Assembly: GCA_963822585.1 (NCBI GenBank)
Contig: CAWGIE010000036.1
Span: forward strand, 64,001-128,000
Length of the DNA stretch: 64,000 nucleotides
Reading direction: 5' to 3'
Source of the DNA: an uncultured bacterium
GTDB taxonomy: Bacteria; Auribacterota; Erginobacteria; Erginobacterales; Erginobacteraceae
The notes under the pieces were generated by a model. The model saw only the letters and a program-made list of their open reading frames with translations, did no database searches and was not told the DNA's origin. A program made the translations under genes and the position numbers. This document shows, piece after piece, positions 1 through 9,975 of the stretch. Position 1 is the stretch's first letter; each line of letters opens with the position of its first letter.

Positions 1-666
1 CTGGGCGGCCATGTTGTCGCTGATCAGGGTCACGTCGATTCCGACGTGCATCAACTCCCAGACGGTCAGACGGGCTCCCTGCAGGAGGGGCCGGGTCTCG
101 TCGGCGAAAACACCGATCCTCTTCCCCTGTTCATGGGCGACATAGAGCGGGGCCAGGGCGGTCCCGAACCCGGACGTAGCCAGTCCGCCGGCGTTGCAGT
201 GGGTGAGGATCCCGTCGCCGTCCTTGATCAGCGTGTTCCCCGCTTCCCCGATCGCCCGGCACATCGCCCGGTCCTCCTCTAAAACAGCGATCGCTTCCCG
301 GCAGAGTATCTCTTTCAATTCCTTCACCGGACGGCCCCTGTTTTCACGCCCGATATTCTTCATCCGATCCAGGGCCCAGAAGAGATTAACCGCCGTCGGG
401 CGCGAGGTGGCCAGGTAATCGGCGACACCGTTCAGTTCCTCAAGGAACGCCTCCGCGGTCGGCGCCGGGCTGCGGAGCATCTCGGCGGCGACCGCCATGG
501 CGGCGGCGATACCGATCGCGGGGGCGCCCCGGACCCGGAGCTTTTTTATCGCTTCCCACATTTCTTCCTTGGTCTCGATTTCTTTCACTTCATACTTTCC
601 CGGCAGGAGGGTCTGGTCGATGATCCGGACCACCCCGTCTTTCATCTCCACGGTGTTAATTTCCAT
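1..666 (-). CDS. mtnA: S-methyl-5-thioribose-1-phosphate isomerase (3' end outside window)
   Basis: Manual translation from ATG at 666: MEINTVEMKDGVVRIIDQTLLP...VRGAPAIG...SRPTAVNLFWAL...ILTHCNAG...DETRPLLQGARLTVWEL; open to the window edge, so absent from the ORF track. Confidence 0.93.
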   Translation of the reverse strand, partial: MEINTVEMKDGVVRIIDQTLLPGKYEVKEIETKEEMWEAIKKLRVRGAPAIGIAAAMAVAAEMLRSPAPTAEAFLEELNGVADYLATSRPTAVNLFWALDRMKNIGRENRGRPVKELKEILCREAIAVLEEDRAMCRAIGEAGNTLIKDGDGILTHCNAGGLATSGFGTALAPLYVAHEQGKRIGVFADETRPLLQGARLTVWELMHVGIDVTLISDNMAAQ

Positions 667-720
667 AGACTCACTCTCCTTTTTAATCCTCTGCGCAGCC
701 GGTGTATGTATATCCGGCTG

Positions 721-905
721 AATGGAGTATTGGAGTGTTGGAGTAGTGGAGTAATTGAGTTTTGAAGCCCGTTAACCCGGATATCCATCACTCCATCACT
801 CCATTACTCCATTATTTCCTCATCACCATTCCGACTTGCCTTATTATTCTTCACTCCTCTGATACCGTCCTCCCCTGCATCACTCCATCATTCCATCACT
901 CCATT
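721..905. repeat. Mirrored 8-nt short tandem repeats (TGGAGT(A/G)N / (C/T)ACTCCAT)
   Basis: tggagtat-tggagtgt-tggagtag-tggagtaa at 723-754, facing ccatcact-ccatcact-ccattact-cca at 785-811 and again at 879-904. Confidence 0.85.
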
Positions 906-955
906 TTGATCATGAACTGATTATATCCGATAATAAAAAAGCCGTTAACCCGGCA

Positions 956-2029
956 TCATCTTCCGCTTAACTCAAACACCAGCACGGTAAATGCCAGAAA
1001 CAAGCCGTTATGAATGACATGGATGAAGACCGGGACCAGGATGGATCCGGTTTTCTGGTAACTGTAGGCCAGTAACATCCCGAGTCCGAAGATCGGCAGC
1101 CAGGCGGCCCAGTTCCAATGCAGTGTCGAAAAAAGAGCCGCGCTCAGGACGGCGGACCAGAAAACGCTCATCCGTTTCTGCAGGGCCGGGAAGAGAAGCC
1201 CGCGGAAAAAAAGCTCCTCCGCCAGCGGCCCCAGGAAAAGCCCGATCGCGAAGAGCGGCCAGATAAATTTCTCCCCGGCCTCCAGTAAAGGCTGCACCAG
1301 CGGATGCGGCTGGAAGGGGAGATCGAAAATCCATGTTATCCCCAGCGAAATAAGAATGAGAAGAATCAGGGCCGGGAAGAAAAGTATATAGCCGCGAACG
1401 GCCTGACGGGCCGACCACCGCCAATTCTGAAGGGTCGGGGCCGACCAGGGAAATGCCCGCGGCAGGGAGGTGCCCCCGGACACCGGCCCGGATAGCGGCG
1501 CGGGCGGACGGGAACGCCTCAGAAAATACAGTACCAGGAAGATCATGAGAGAGAATTGAAAAAAAGCGTCCCCCAAGAGAAGCAGATCATACTCCCGCGT
1601 CCGGTGGAAGCTCACAAAGCTGAAAAAGAGCGATTCCACCCTTTGAAAAGCGAGAAGAATGCAGATGAAATAGACGGCTACTTTGACGGCCAGCCAGATC
1701 CCCCACCCCGCTTCGGGTGGGGGGCCGGGCGAGAAGGCCCTCCATTCACCCTCCAGAATTCCCTGAACATTCATGACCAGGCCGGAGACGACCAGGGTGA
1801 GAAAGACGATGCTCAACATCCGGAAAAGAATCGAGGAGACGGGAGCCGCCGCGTCGGGGCTGAGCATCCTGCCGAACTCCTGCGGATCCGGGAAGGAATT
1901 CCGCGGCGGGGCGCTTTCTTCCGGAGCGGAGACCGCCGTCATCAGCAGGATGATCGAGAGAAGAACAGCTAAAACAAGTGAGCTTTCCTCTCTGGCTTTC
2001 CTGACAACAAAGTGCAGACTCACACTCAT
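956..2029 (-). CDS. CPBP (CAAX/Abi) family intramembrane metalloprotease
   Basis: EELFFRG, FSTLH and HVIHN motifs; multiple hydrophobic segments. Confidence 0.88.
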   Translation of the reverse strand: MSVSLHFVVRKAREESSLVLAVLLSIILLMTAVSAPEESAPPRNSFPDPQEFGRMLSPDAAAPVSSILFRMLSIVFLTLVVSGLVMNVQGILEGEWRAFSPGPPPEAGWGIWLAVKVAVYFICILLAFQRVESLFFSFVSFHRTREYDLLLLGDAFFQFSLMIFLVLYFLRRSRPPAPLSGPVSGGTSLPRAFPWSAPTLQNWRWSARQAVRGYILFFPALILLILISLGITWIFDLPFQPHPLVQPLLEAGEKFIWPLFAIGLFLGPLAEELFFRGLLFPALQKRMSVFWSAVLSAALFSTLHWNWAAWLPIFGLGMLLAYSYQKTGSILVPVFIHVIHNGLFLAFTVLVFELSGR

Positions 2030-2056
2030 TCTCTCCCACTCTTACCGGTCCGGCTT

Positions 2057-3079
2057 TTACCGTTCTCCGGGAGGGACCCGGGGAAAACGGTCTGAGAAGT
2101 GCATTGTAATCTCTTCCCCTTCGTCGGTCACGACGACTCCATCGACGCCCTCAACGTGCCCGAGCAGTGCCGGCCCATCTTCCGCCCCCATGACGAAGAG
2201 CGCGGTAGCCAGAGCGTCGGCGGTCATGCAATCGGGGGCCAGGACGCTGCTCTCCACTACCCCGGAAGAGGCGGTGCGGCCGGTGCGGGGGTCGATGATA
2301 TGAGAGTAACGCTTCCGGCTGCGGATGAAATAATTCCGGTAATCCCCGGAAGTGGCGACCGCCCTGTCCTCCAGCTCCAGAACGGTCAACACCTCACCCT
2401 CCTTCCGCGGATGCTCCATCCCGATCCGCCAGGGCTGCCCGTCAGGTTTTCTTCCCAGGCAGTAGATGTCTCCTCCGGCATTAATAAGCCCGCTCTTCAC
2501 CCCTTCCGAGATCAGGAGCGCGGACAATCGGTCCACGACATACCCCTTGGCCAGACCGCCCAGGTCCAGCTCCAGACCCGGAACCAGAAAACGGACCGTG
2601 CGGGCCGTGCGATCGAGTTCGATCTTCTGCCAGCCGCATCGGGAGAGAGCGGCTTCCACCTCCCGATCCGACGGCAGGCGCCCCGTCTTCTCCGGGAAAA
2701 AACCCCAGATTTCCATCAAGGGACCGACGGTGACGTCGAAGGCCCCCCCCGTTAACCGGCTGATCTCGATGGCTTTGGCGAGAACGGCCATCATCTCCTC
2801 GCTGACGACGACCGGTTGCCGGTCCGCGGAGCGATTGATCCGGTTGACTTCACTGCCCGGGATGTATCTGCTGAAGACACCCTCCAGGCGCCCTGCCTCC
2901 GTCCAGCATTTTTCCATCAGGGAAGGCGCCGTGCCGGAATCGGGGACCGTCAGCTCAATGGTGAGCACGGTCCCCATGATCACCCTGGATTCTTTGTAAA
3001 GCCGTCCTCGGCCGCAGCCGGCGGCGGACAAAAGACAGATCAGGCAGGCGATAATGAAATATATTTTTTGGCCCCGCAT
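2057..3079 (-). CDS. apbE: FAD:protein FMN transferase (ApbE family lipoprotein)
   Basis: MGT, GAFDVTVGPL, DLGGLAKGY, NAGGD, ATSGDY, HIIDPRTG, ADALATA motifs; lipobox-like SAAGC. Confidence 0.95.
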   Translation of the reverse strand: MRGQKIYFIIACLICLLSAAGCGRGRLYKESRVIMGTVLTIELTVPDSGTAPSLMEKCWTEAGRLEGVFSRYIPGSEVNRINRSADRQPVVVSEEMMAVLAKAIEISRLTGGAFDVTVGPLMEIWGFFPEKTGRLPSDREVEAALSRCGWQKIELDRTARTVRFLVPGLELDLGGLAKGYVVDRLSALLISEGVKSGLINAGGDIYCLGRKPDGQPWRIGMEHPRKEGEVLTVLELEDRAVATSGDYRNYFIRSRKRYSHIIDPRTGRTASSGVVESSVLAPDCMTADALATALFVMGAEDGPALLGHVEGVDGVVVTDEGEEITMHFSDRFPRVPPGER

Positions 3080-3167
3080 CGGAAAAGCAAAATGGCGGGC
3101 CTGGATGCCCGCCGCGGCGATCTGATAACTTCAATGATGCCCGATTCAATTTTTCCGAAGGAAAAAT

Positions 3168-3470
3168 TTAAATCCAGGAGAACCAGCCCAGATCCAAGAT
3201 CTCGGAGACCGTTGCCAATCCCAGAACAATCACATAGGCGATGAGCAGGCTGAGCCCGATGGTCTCCTTGTATCTTCGGAAGAAGGGAAAATCGGAACGG
3301 AAGAGGCAATAGGCGAACCCGGCTACCCAAAAAACCAGCATAACAACCAGGATTGCCTTCTGGGGCGGGCTGAGAGGCGGGAAGACCTGAGATATCCCCC
3401 AGAGGGCGGCGGTTATGCAAACGATGAAAATCAGGAATACCTCCCCATGAGTTCGTAAGTAGTTCATCAT
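3168..3470 (-). CDS. Small membrane protein (3 TM), hypothetical
   Basis: 100-aa hydrophobic ORF; start overlaps the stop of the upstream gene. Confidence 0.7.
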   Translation of the reverse strand: MMNYLRTHGEVFLIFIVCITAALWGISQVFPPLSPPQKAILVVMLVFWVAGFAYCLFRSDFPFFRRYKETIGLSLLIAYVIVLGLATVSEILDLGWFSWI

Positions 3471-4510
3471 CTCCTCCTCGATGCTGGATTTAACGTGACG
3501 GTAATTTCGGTCGTATCTTTCACGCGGGCCTGGAGATTTTTGCCCGGGACTACCCGCTCGATCGCCAGCAGCACGACAAGACTCTGCTCCAGCCGGCTGC
3601 GGCTGCTGATCACAACACCATCTTTGATATCAAATTCAACGGTCCCGGTCAACAGATGAGACGACCATTTCACCCCCGACTTCCCGCCCTCCTCCGAAAC
3701 ACTCCCCTGCTCGTACCGCCCGACGAAATCGATCAGGGCGATCCTTTCTCCTTTCCCTTTGAAACCGCGAAAGGCCGAATCAAGTCTGATCGTCCAGGTT
3801 TCCCCCCGGTCCCAGGTAGTGCCCGCGCCGGGATTGGGGATCTTCACCTCCCGCGACCAGCCGGCACCGACCGGGATAGCCGTTTCCGGGAACTCGGGCT
3901 GGATCCTTTCCATGACGCCGTCAAACTTGAGGTAGGGGAAGGAACGGCTCGGATCGGGCGGCAGCTGGGCCGAGATGATTCTGCCCCGGGGATCGATTTC
4001 AAAGGTAAAAATTTTTCCCTCGATCGCGGACAGGGGGAACCCTTCATTATCAGCGGTGATCTCCCTGCTCAGGACATCTCCTTCTTCCGTTCTCATGGTC
4101 CGGTCGGTCAGAATCGTGGTCATTTCCCGGTCCCGGACACGGTTGATCATGGTAAAATTGAAATCTTTGTAGGAGACGGCGATGGCCGCGGCGCCTTCCG
4201 GAGAGAGAGACTGCACCGCGGCTTCAAGAAGGTAACTGCCTTCAATCTGAACCGGAAGAACCAGTTTATCCTGGTCCGGTTTCGAACCGACCGCCTGCAT
4301 CGTGACTGTCCCCTCCCCCCGGAGAGAGATATCGTACTGGAGAAGCTCGCCGGGCTGGAACTGATAGCGCAGCAGGTACTGGGGAGGAGACGGTTTCTTG
4401 CAGCCGGTGACCTCGATGAGCACCAGCAGAGCGACAGCCGGAGCAAGAGCTTTTATCAGCGCGGGGAAGATTTTTATCCGCCACCGGAAAATTATTCCCG
4501 CACCCTTCAT
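3467..4510 (-). CDS. Hypothetical lipoprotein, beta-rich
   Basis: 347 aa, hydrophobic stretch ending VTGC; tightly coupled in an operon. Confidence 0.7.
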   Translation of the reverse strand: MKGAGIIFRWRIKIFPALIKALAPAVALLVLIEVTGCKKPSPPQYLLRYQFQPGELLQYDISLRGEGTVTMQAVGSKPDQDKLVLPVQIEGSYLLEAAVQSLSPEGAAAIAVSYKDFNFTMINRVRDREMTTILTDRTMRTEEGDVLSREITADNEGFPLSAIEGKIFTFEIDPRGRIISAQLPPDPSRSFPYLKFDGVMERIQPEFPETAIPVGAGWSREVKIPNPGAGTTWDRGETWTIRLDSAFRGFKGKGERIALIDFVGRYEQGSVSEEGGKSGVKWSSHLLTGTVEFDIKDGVVISSRSRLEQSLVVLLAIERVVPGKNLQARVKDTTEITVTLNPASRRR

Positions 4511-4513
4511 GAA

Positions 4514-5302
4514 TCACTTCTTCTCCGCCGGTTGAGACTCCCGCGCCGTCGACGGCAGCCGTTGTCCTTCCTCCAGCAGTTGGCTGACAATCGGAGCCAT
4601 GTCTTCCCGGGCGGCCAATTGTCTGAGGGCGGAAATGATGATTTCCTTGTAAAACCAATCCACCTGGGCATTGTTAACCAGGCCGACCAAAACTTCGGCC
4701 GATTCTTTAACCGGAGTGTGGGCCAGATCCCAGATGGCGGCCTGACGGATCTGGTCCGATTTTTCCGGGTCATTGAAGATTTTCACCAGGGGCTCGACAA
4801 CCCTTTTATCCTCGATATATCCCAGCATCTGCATGGCGAATAAACGATAATCTCCATCCCCCTGGGTGATCTGGCTCAGGATATAGCCCTGGTATCGGGC
4901 ATAATTGTAATCAAACCGACAGAGAGCTTCGGCCGCGCGCAGTTTGAGCCGGGGATCATCCGCCTTCTGCCAGATCTGCTCGATCGCCGAGGCTGCTTCC
5001 CGATACCGGATGATGGCCAGAATCTCGATCAGGGTTCCCTCTTCCTCGGGGGATGCCGAAGCAAGAGACTGCAGGAGAAGCGGGCCGGCAGCCTCGCCCA
5101 TCCCGACCAGCACAGCTTTGGCCCGCATCTGTTTCGCCTGGTCGGTTCCCTTCAGGTCCCCGATCAAAGCTCCGACATCAGGCGATTTCTTTTCAGGGGC
5201 GGCCTCTTCGGCTGCCCGAACGGAGCCGACCGAAATGGCGATCAGAAACGCGGTCGCCGCGCCAACTGAGATAATCTTTATCATTTTTTTTACCCCGGTC
5301 AT
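4514..5302 (-). CDS. Exported HEAT-repeat protein
   Basis: Signal peptide (AxA at VRA); repeated LI..L / R..AA..L helical pairs (RLKLRAAEAL, IRQAAIWDL). Confidence 0.75.
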   Translation of the reverse strand: MTGVKKMIKIISVGAATAFLIAISVGSVRAAEEAAPEKKSPDVGALIGDLKGTDQAKQMRAKAVLVGMGEAAGPLLLQSLASASPEEEGTLIEILAIIRYREAASAIEQIWQKADDPRLKLRAAEALCRFDYNYARYQGYILSQITQGDGDYRLFAMQMLGYIEDKRVVEPLVKIFNDPEKSDQIRQAAIWDLAHTPVKESAEVLVGLVNNAQVDWFYKEIIISALRQLAAREDMAPIVSQLLEEGQRLPSTARESQPAEKK

Positions 5303-5352
5303 TTAATCCGTTTTTTATTTACGGCCATCATACTCCATTATCCCCGAATTAT

Positions 5353-6138
5353 TCATGATAATTTTTGCTGATCCCGGGAAAGATGCCATTTTTCCAGTTC
5401 CGGCAGAAATGAATAACTGGTCATATCATAGTGAAGAGGGGTGACGGCGATGTAATTCTCCGTCAGTGCCTCATGATCGGAACCGGGGTCATCCGGGGAC
5501 GAATCCATCTCCCCTCCCAGCCAGTAATACGTCCTGCCCCGGAGATCGATCCTTTCCTCCATGATTTCCTGAAACCGGGCCCCGCCCTGGTGGGTTACCC
5601 TGACCCCGCGAATCTTTTCCTCCGGAACGGCGGGGACGTTGACATTGAGCAGGATTTTCGGGGGCAGACCCCGGGCCAGGACCATCTTCGCCAGGGACCG
5701 GGAAAATCGGGCCGCCGTCTGATAATCGGGTTTGGTAAAGGTGCCCAGGGAGACCGCGATAGCCGGAATTCCCATGATCGAAGCCTCGGTAGCGGCGGAG
5801 ACGGTCCCGGAGTAGATAACGTTGGTCCCCGTGTTGGGCCCCAGATTGATCCCGGAGATGACGAGATCCGGCATCCGCTCCAGCAGCACCTTGACCGCGA
5901 CCTTGACCGCATCCGCCGGTGTGCCGGTAACCCCGTAGCCGTATAAGGTTCCGTCCTTGAAAACCTTCATTGCCCGCAGGGGTTCGGTCAGCGTGATGGC
6001 ATGACCGGACGCGCTCCGCTCGGAGTCGGGGGCGATGATTCTCACTTCCCCCAGGCTCTCGATTTCCCGGGAAAGAGCGTACAACCCGAGGGCGTTGATG
6101 CCGTCATCGTTGGTGAGAAGAATAAGCGGTCGTGTCAT
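5353..6138 (-). CDS. surE: 5'/3'-nucleotidase SurE
   Basis: ILLTNDDG, GTPAD, ISGINLGPN, YSGTVSAA motifs. Confidence 0.97.
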   Translation of the reverse strand: MTRPLILLTNDDGINALGLYALSREIESLGEVRIIAPDSERSASGHAITLTEPLRAMKVFKDGTLYGYGVTGTPADAVKVAVKVLLERMPDLVISGINLGPNTGTNVIYSGTVSAATEASIMGIPAIAVSLGTFTKPDYQTAARFSRSLAKMVLARGLPPKILLNVNVPAVPEEKIRGVRVTHQGGARFQEIMEERIDLRGRTYYWLGGEMDSSPDDPGSDHEALTENYIAVTPLHYDMTSYSFLPELEKWHLSRDQQKLS

Positions 6139-6382
6139 GTATGATTATTCCTTTGCCGGAGAAAGTATTATGCGGAAGTTTCCGATACTCACTATACCGA
6201 CATCAATGACGAAATCCGAATGACGAAACCTGAAAGAACGCCGCCCAGGGCCTATTATCTGTCCCTTCGACAAGTTCAGGGCGCGCTGCCCATTCCTGGC
6301 TGTTTGTTCGATCTCCCGCCAGAGGCGGGATAAATTCTACGCTTGCCCCGCTTTGCGGGGTTGAAAATTCGACGGTGAACGT

Positions 6383-7126
6383 TCATTTTTTTCCTTTCAC
6401 CCCGCCGGGCTTCAATCGTTGCCAGATCGCCCAGATCAACCATTTGATGTACTCCGGCGCCACCTTCAAAACTTTGAAATGGGATTTTCCTTTGGCCCGG
6501 TCTTTCCAGACGGTCGGAACTTCGGCGATCCTGAAGCCGCCGATGTAGGCCTTGACGGTCAGTTCCAGCCCGGTGGTAAAATTATCGGATTTCAATATCC
6601 CCACTTTCGGGAGGATGTCCGCTCGGTACATCTTGTAAGCGTTGGTGGCATCGTTCGTCGGCAGCCCGATCAGGATTTTCAAGGTTTTTCCGAGCAGGCG
6701 CGAGAGGAAGTGCTTGATACGGTCCTGGTGTTCCCCGGAGCCTCCCGGTATGTAACGGGAGGCCGAGACAAGATCATATCCCTCCTTTAATTTTTCCAGC
6801 ATGACCGGGATGGTGTTCACGTCATCAGCCAGATCGGCCATGACCGCCACGATCACCCCCCCGGACACTTCTTCATACGCCCGGTTGAGGCATCTGCCCA
6901 GGCCGTGATTTCCCCGGCGGTTCACCAGGACGATGTTTTCAGCCCTCTCCTGCAGTTTCTGCACTATCTCGCGCGTCCGATCGGTCGAGTTGTCATTGAC
7001 CACGATCAGCTTGTGGGGGATCTTGACCCGGTCCTGGATCTCCCGGATAGTCCGGATGGTCTCGGAGATGTTCTGTTCCTCATTATAGGCCGGAACGATG
7101 ATGTTCAGGAAATAGGGATCGACCAT
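6383..7126 (-). CDS. Glycosyltransferase family 2 (DPM1-like)
   Basis: IIVPAYNEE, VVNDNSTD, MADLADD, SRY motifs. Confidence 0.9.
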   Translation of the reverse strand: MVDPYFLNIIVPAYNEEQNISETIRTIREIQDRVKIPHKLIVVNDNSTDRTREIVQKLQERAENIVLVNRRGNHGLGRCLNRAYEEVSGGVIVAVMADLADDVNTIPVMLEKLKEGYDLVSASRYIPGGSGEHQDRIKHFLSRLLGKTLKILIGLPTNDATNAYKMYRADILPKVGILKSDNFTTGLELTVKAYIGGFRIAEVPTVWKDRAKGKSHFKVLKVAPEYIKWLIWAIWQRLKPGGVKGKK

Positions 7127-7159
7127 GGTATAAATTAGCTCACTGCGTTCGCAAATTTA

Positions 7160-7337
7160 TGTAGGATCGTCCTTCACTCCGTGAAGGACTTGCAATAGAT
7201 GTAGTAAATGTAGTATCGCCTTGCCGGAGGCAAGGCTTGCTGAACCGCAAGCGGAGCGATACTACAATTACTACAAAGAATGCCGAAGGCATTCTGATCC
7301 TACAAGTCCTTCGCGAAAGCGAAAGGACGATACTACA
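7160..7337. repeat. Long imperfect palindromic intergenic element with nested hairpins
   Basis: tgtaggatcgtccttc...gaaggacttg / caagtccttc...aaggacgatactaca; tgtagtaaatgtagtatcgc / gcgatactacaattactaca; inner hairpins gccttgcc-ggcaaggc and gaatgcc-ggcattc. Confidence 0.75.
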
Positions 7338-7389
7338 CCAATGCCTTTATTGAAATTCAAAACAATAAAATAGATCTTGTCGGGCATCT

Positions 7390-7836
7390 TTATTCGGCAT
7401 TTCTTTCCAAAATGATCGTCACCGGGCCGTCGTTCTCCAGCCGGACCAGCATTTCGGCTCCGAAGACGCCCTTCTCCGGGGGGAACCCCAGTTCGGCCAG
7501 GCGGCGGCAGAAAAAATCATAGAGTTGTTCTCCTTGTTCGGGAGATGCGGCGTCTATAAAACTGGGGCGGCGCCCCTTCCGGCAATCCGCGTAAAGGGTG
7601 AACTGCGAGACCACCAGGATCTCGCCTTCGATCTCCCCCAGCGAGCGATTCATTTTCCCGTCCTTGTCCTCGAAGACCCGGAGTTTAACAATCTTGTCGG
7701 CCAAAGTCACCGCCTCGGTTTCGGAATCGCCATGGGTCACCCCCAGCAAGATCAGAAAGCCGGCGCCGATCCGGGAGACGATCTCCCCCCCCACCTCTAC
7801 CGAAGCCGATCTCACTCTTTGCACGACCGCTTTCAC
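7390..7836 (-). CDS. dtd: D-aminoacyl-tRNA deacylase
   Basis: MKAVVQRV start, VSQFTL and NDGPVT motifs. Confidence 0.97.
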   Translation of the reverse strand: MKAVVQRVRSASVEVGGEIVSRIGAGFLILLGVTHGDSETEAVTLADKIVKLRVFEDKDGKMNRSLGEIEGEILVVSQFTLYADCRKGRRPSFIDAASPEQGEQLYDFFCRRLAELGFPPEKGVFGAEMLVRLENDGPVTIILERNAE

Positions 7837-8033
7837 GTACTGGACCGCTCCTCCGGCATCATGTGTCGGTCAACAACGTAACATCCCGGTTATTGCGGGA
7901 GAGTGTTCAGAGCATAGCGCATTCCATACTCCATCACTCCATTATTCCATTACTCCACGTTTTTCAATCCATGGGCAAGAAAACTAATCCTTCTTTTGCT
8001 TTTACCGGGGTACAATAAGGGTATTATAGTCCC

Positions 8034-9164
8034 ATGCGTAACACAATCAAAATAGAGGGGAGGGGCGACGGAAACACGGTCCCGGACGTTCTCGGACATT
8101 GTTCCCTCTGCCCTCGTAACTGCCGGGTCAATCGCCCGGCGGGGCAGCCCGGCTATTGCCGGACCGGCGCCGACCTGTCCATTGCCTCGATCTGCCGCCA
8201 TCGGGGAGAAGAACCATCCGTCTCCGGGGAAAACGGGATCTGTAACGTCTTTTTCGCCCACTGCAACCTTCAGTGCGTCTACTGTCAGAACTATCAGATC
8301 AGCCGAAATGACACCGGTCACCCCCACCCCGGGGTGAACCTGCCGGAGGCAGTCAGCCGGATAGAAGATATTCTGGACCGGGGCGCGCAAGGAGTCGGGT
8401 TCGTCTCCCCTTCACACTGCATTCCGCAGATGAGAGCGATCATTGGTGAACTGCGCCGGAGGGGACGAAAGACGGTCTTCGTCATGAACACCAACTGTTA
8501 TGACCGCGCGGAGACGATCGCCACCCTCGAAGACGAGATCGATGTTTATCTCCCCGACCTTAAATATCGCGATCCGGGACTGGCTGAACGGTATTCGGGG
8601 GCCCGGGATTATCCCTTTGTCGCCGAACGGGCGCTCCGAGAGATGTATCGGCAGAAGGGATCGGAATTAACCTTCGACCCGGACGGTGCCATCCGTTCCG
8701 GTCTGATCATCCGCCACCTGGTCCTCCCGGGCGAAACACGCGACAGCATAGACTGCCTGCGATTCATCGCGGAAGAACTTTCGCCCGAGATCCACCTATC
8801 CCTGATGGCCCAGTACCATCCCACCCCCTTCGTCCGCGATCACCCGCGATTGGGACGGACGCTGGCCCGGGAGGAATACGAAGAAGTGAAGGAGGAGATG
8901 GAGCGGCTGGGGTTCGGCAACGGCTGGGTCCAGGAACTGGAAAGCCAGGGGGAGTACTTGCCGGACTTCGCTTGTGAAGATGTCTTCCGGGAAAATTCCG
9001 AATCATCCCACAGGGACAATGGAGTGATGGAACGATGGAGTAATGGAGTATTGAGACCCTCGCCGGGCAGCCCCGACCACTCCAGTACTCCAACACTCCA
9101 ATACTCCTCGTTGCCGATTGTTGTCACCCTGCTTAAACCACGCGTATCGGGTCACCAATCTTAA
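8034..9164 (+). CDS. Radical SAM protein, PflX-like; C-terminal tail derived from a repeat
   Basis: CSLCPRNC, HRGEEP, CNLQCVYCQNYQIS (CX3CX2C), YLPDLKY, IIRHLVLPG. Confidence 0.9.
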   Translation: MRNTIKIEGRGDGNTVPDVLGHCSLCPRNCRVNRPAGQPGYCRTGADLSIASICRHRGEEPSVSGENGICNVFFAHCNLQCVYCQNYQISRNDTGHPHPGVNLPEAVSRIEDILDRGAQGVGFVSPSHCIPQMRAIIGELRRRGRKTVFVMNTNCYDRAETIATLEDEIDVYLPDLKYRDPGLAERYSGARDYPFVAERALREMYRQKGSELTFDPDGAIRSGLIIRHLVLPGETRDSIDCLRFIAEELSPEIHLSLMAQYHPTPFVRDHPRLGRTLAREEYEEVKEEMERLGFGNGWVQELESQGEYLPDFACEDVFRENSESSHRDNGVMERWSNGVLRPSPGSPDHSSTPTLQYSSLPIVVTLLKPRVSGHQS

Positions 9165-9609
9165 CTGTGCCACCCTCGGCCACCCGGGCGAATATCCCCT
9201 CCCGGGGCATGATGCAGTCCCCGGAGAGTTTGCGGATGGCGCAGCCCTCGTGGCATTCCTTGCCGATCTGGGTTATCTCCAGGATGACCGAGGAGCCTAC
9301 CCGGAGACGCGTTCCCACCGGGATGGTATACAATTCGATCCCCCGGGTAGTCAGGTTCTCGGCAAAGTCTCCCGGTTGAAAAGTCGCGCGGTCAAGACCC
9401 GGGATCCCATCGGGCAACGTCCTGGCCAGTTTCTCCATGCTCTCGACCGCCAGCAGGCTGATCTGCCGGTGCCAGCTGCCGCTGTGGGCGTCTTCCCCGA
9501 TCCCCCAGTCCGGTTTCAGGAGGGCATGGCCGACGTTCCTCTTCCGCACCCCCTTGCGGTCGCTGACGCAAACCGCCACGATCTCACCCTGTTGTTTGTG
9601 AATCGTCAT
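9133..9609 (-). CDS. MOSC domain protein
   Basis: GEDAH, RQISLL, PGDFAENLTT, TQIGKECH, CIMPREGIFARV motifs; start at ATG 9609 chosen, ORF track extends to 9645. Confidence 0.9.
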   Translation of the reverse strand: MTIHKQQGEIVAVCVSDRKGVRKRNVGHALLKPDWGIGEDAHSGSWHRQISLLAVESMEKLARTLPDGIPGLDRATFQPGDFAENLTTRGIELYTIPVGTRLRVGSSVILEITQIGKECHEGCAIRKLSGDCIMPREGIFARVAEGGTVKIGDPIRVV

Positions 9610-9640
9610 ATTTTGATGCATAAAATTCCATTGATTTATG

Positions 9641-9734
9641 ACCACTAAGACACCAAGACACTAAGAAAAGAAAAATTTAATCTAATTCATGCTCGAAAAT
9701 ATTATTTTCTTAGTGTCTTTGTGTCTTTGTGGTT
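9641..9734. repeat. Mirrored 9-nt repeats (ACAC(T/C)AAG / CTT(A/T)GTGT)
   Basis: accactaagacaccaagacactaagaaaa ... ttttcttagtgtctttgtgtctttgtggtt; related copy at 12843-12934. Confidence 0.8.
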
Positions 9735-9739
9735 ATACA

Positions 9740-9975
9740 TCGCGCCGAAGGCGTTAACTTGCTGTTTCGGAATTTTCAGCCTGAGGCTGATGAGCCTCCG
9801 GCTCACAATAAAAGGCAACGGTAAGGGTAACGAAGCCCAGCCTGCCCCGATTCATCGGGGTATCGGTGAGGGTTAGGGTAACGGCTGCTGCGCCTGGCGC
9901 ACGTAACCGTAACCGACAAACGAAACGGGCCTCGTTACCGTTGCCCTGACCGAGTTGCACCATAGGCGCTAACTT
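9740..9975 (-). mobile_element. Small non-coding element bounded by AAGTTAG / GAAAATTCCGAAACAGCAAGTTAA
   Basis: Ends match the repeated units at 17357-17681; interior has mirrored GGTAAC/GTTACC-type repeats. Confidence 0.6.
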
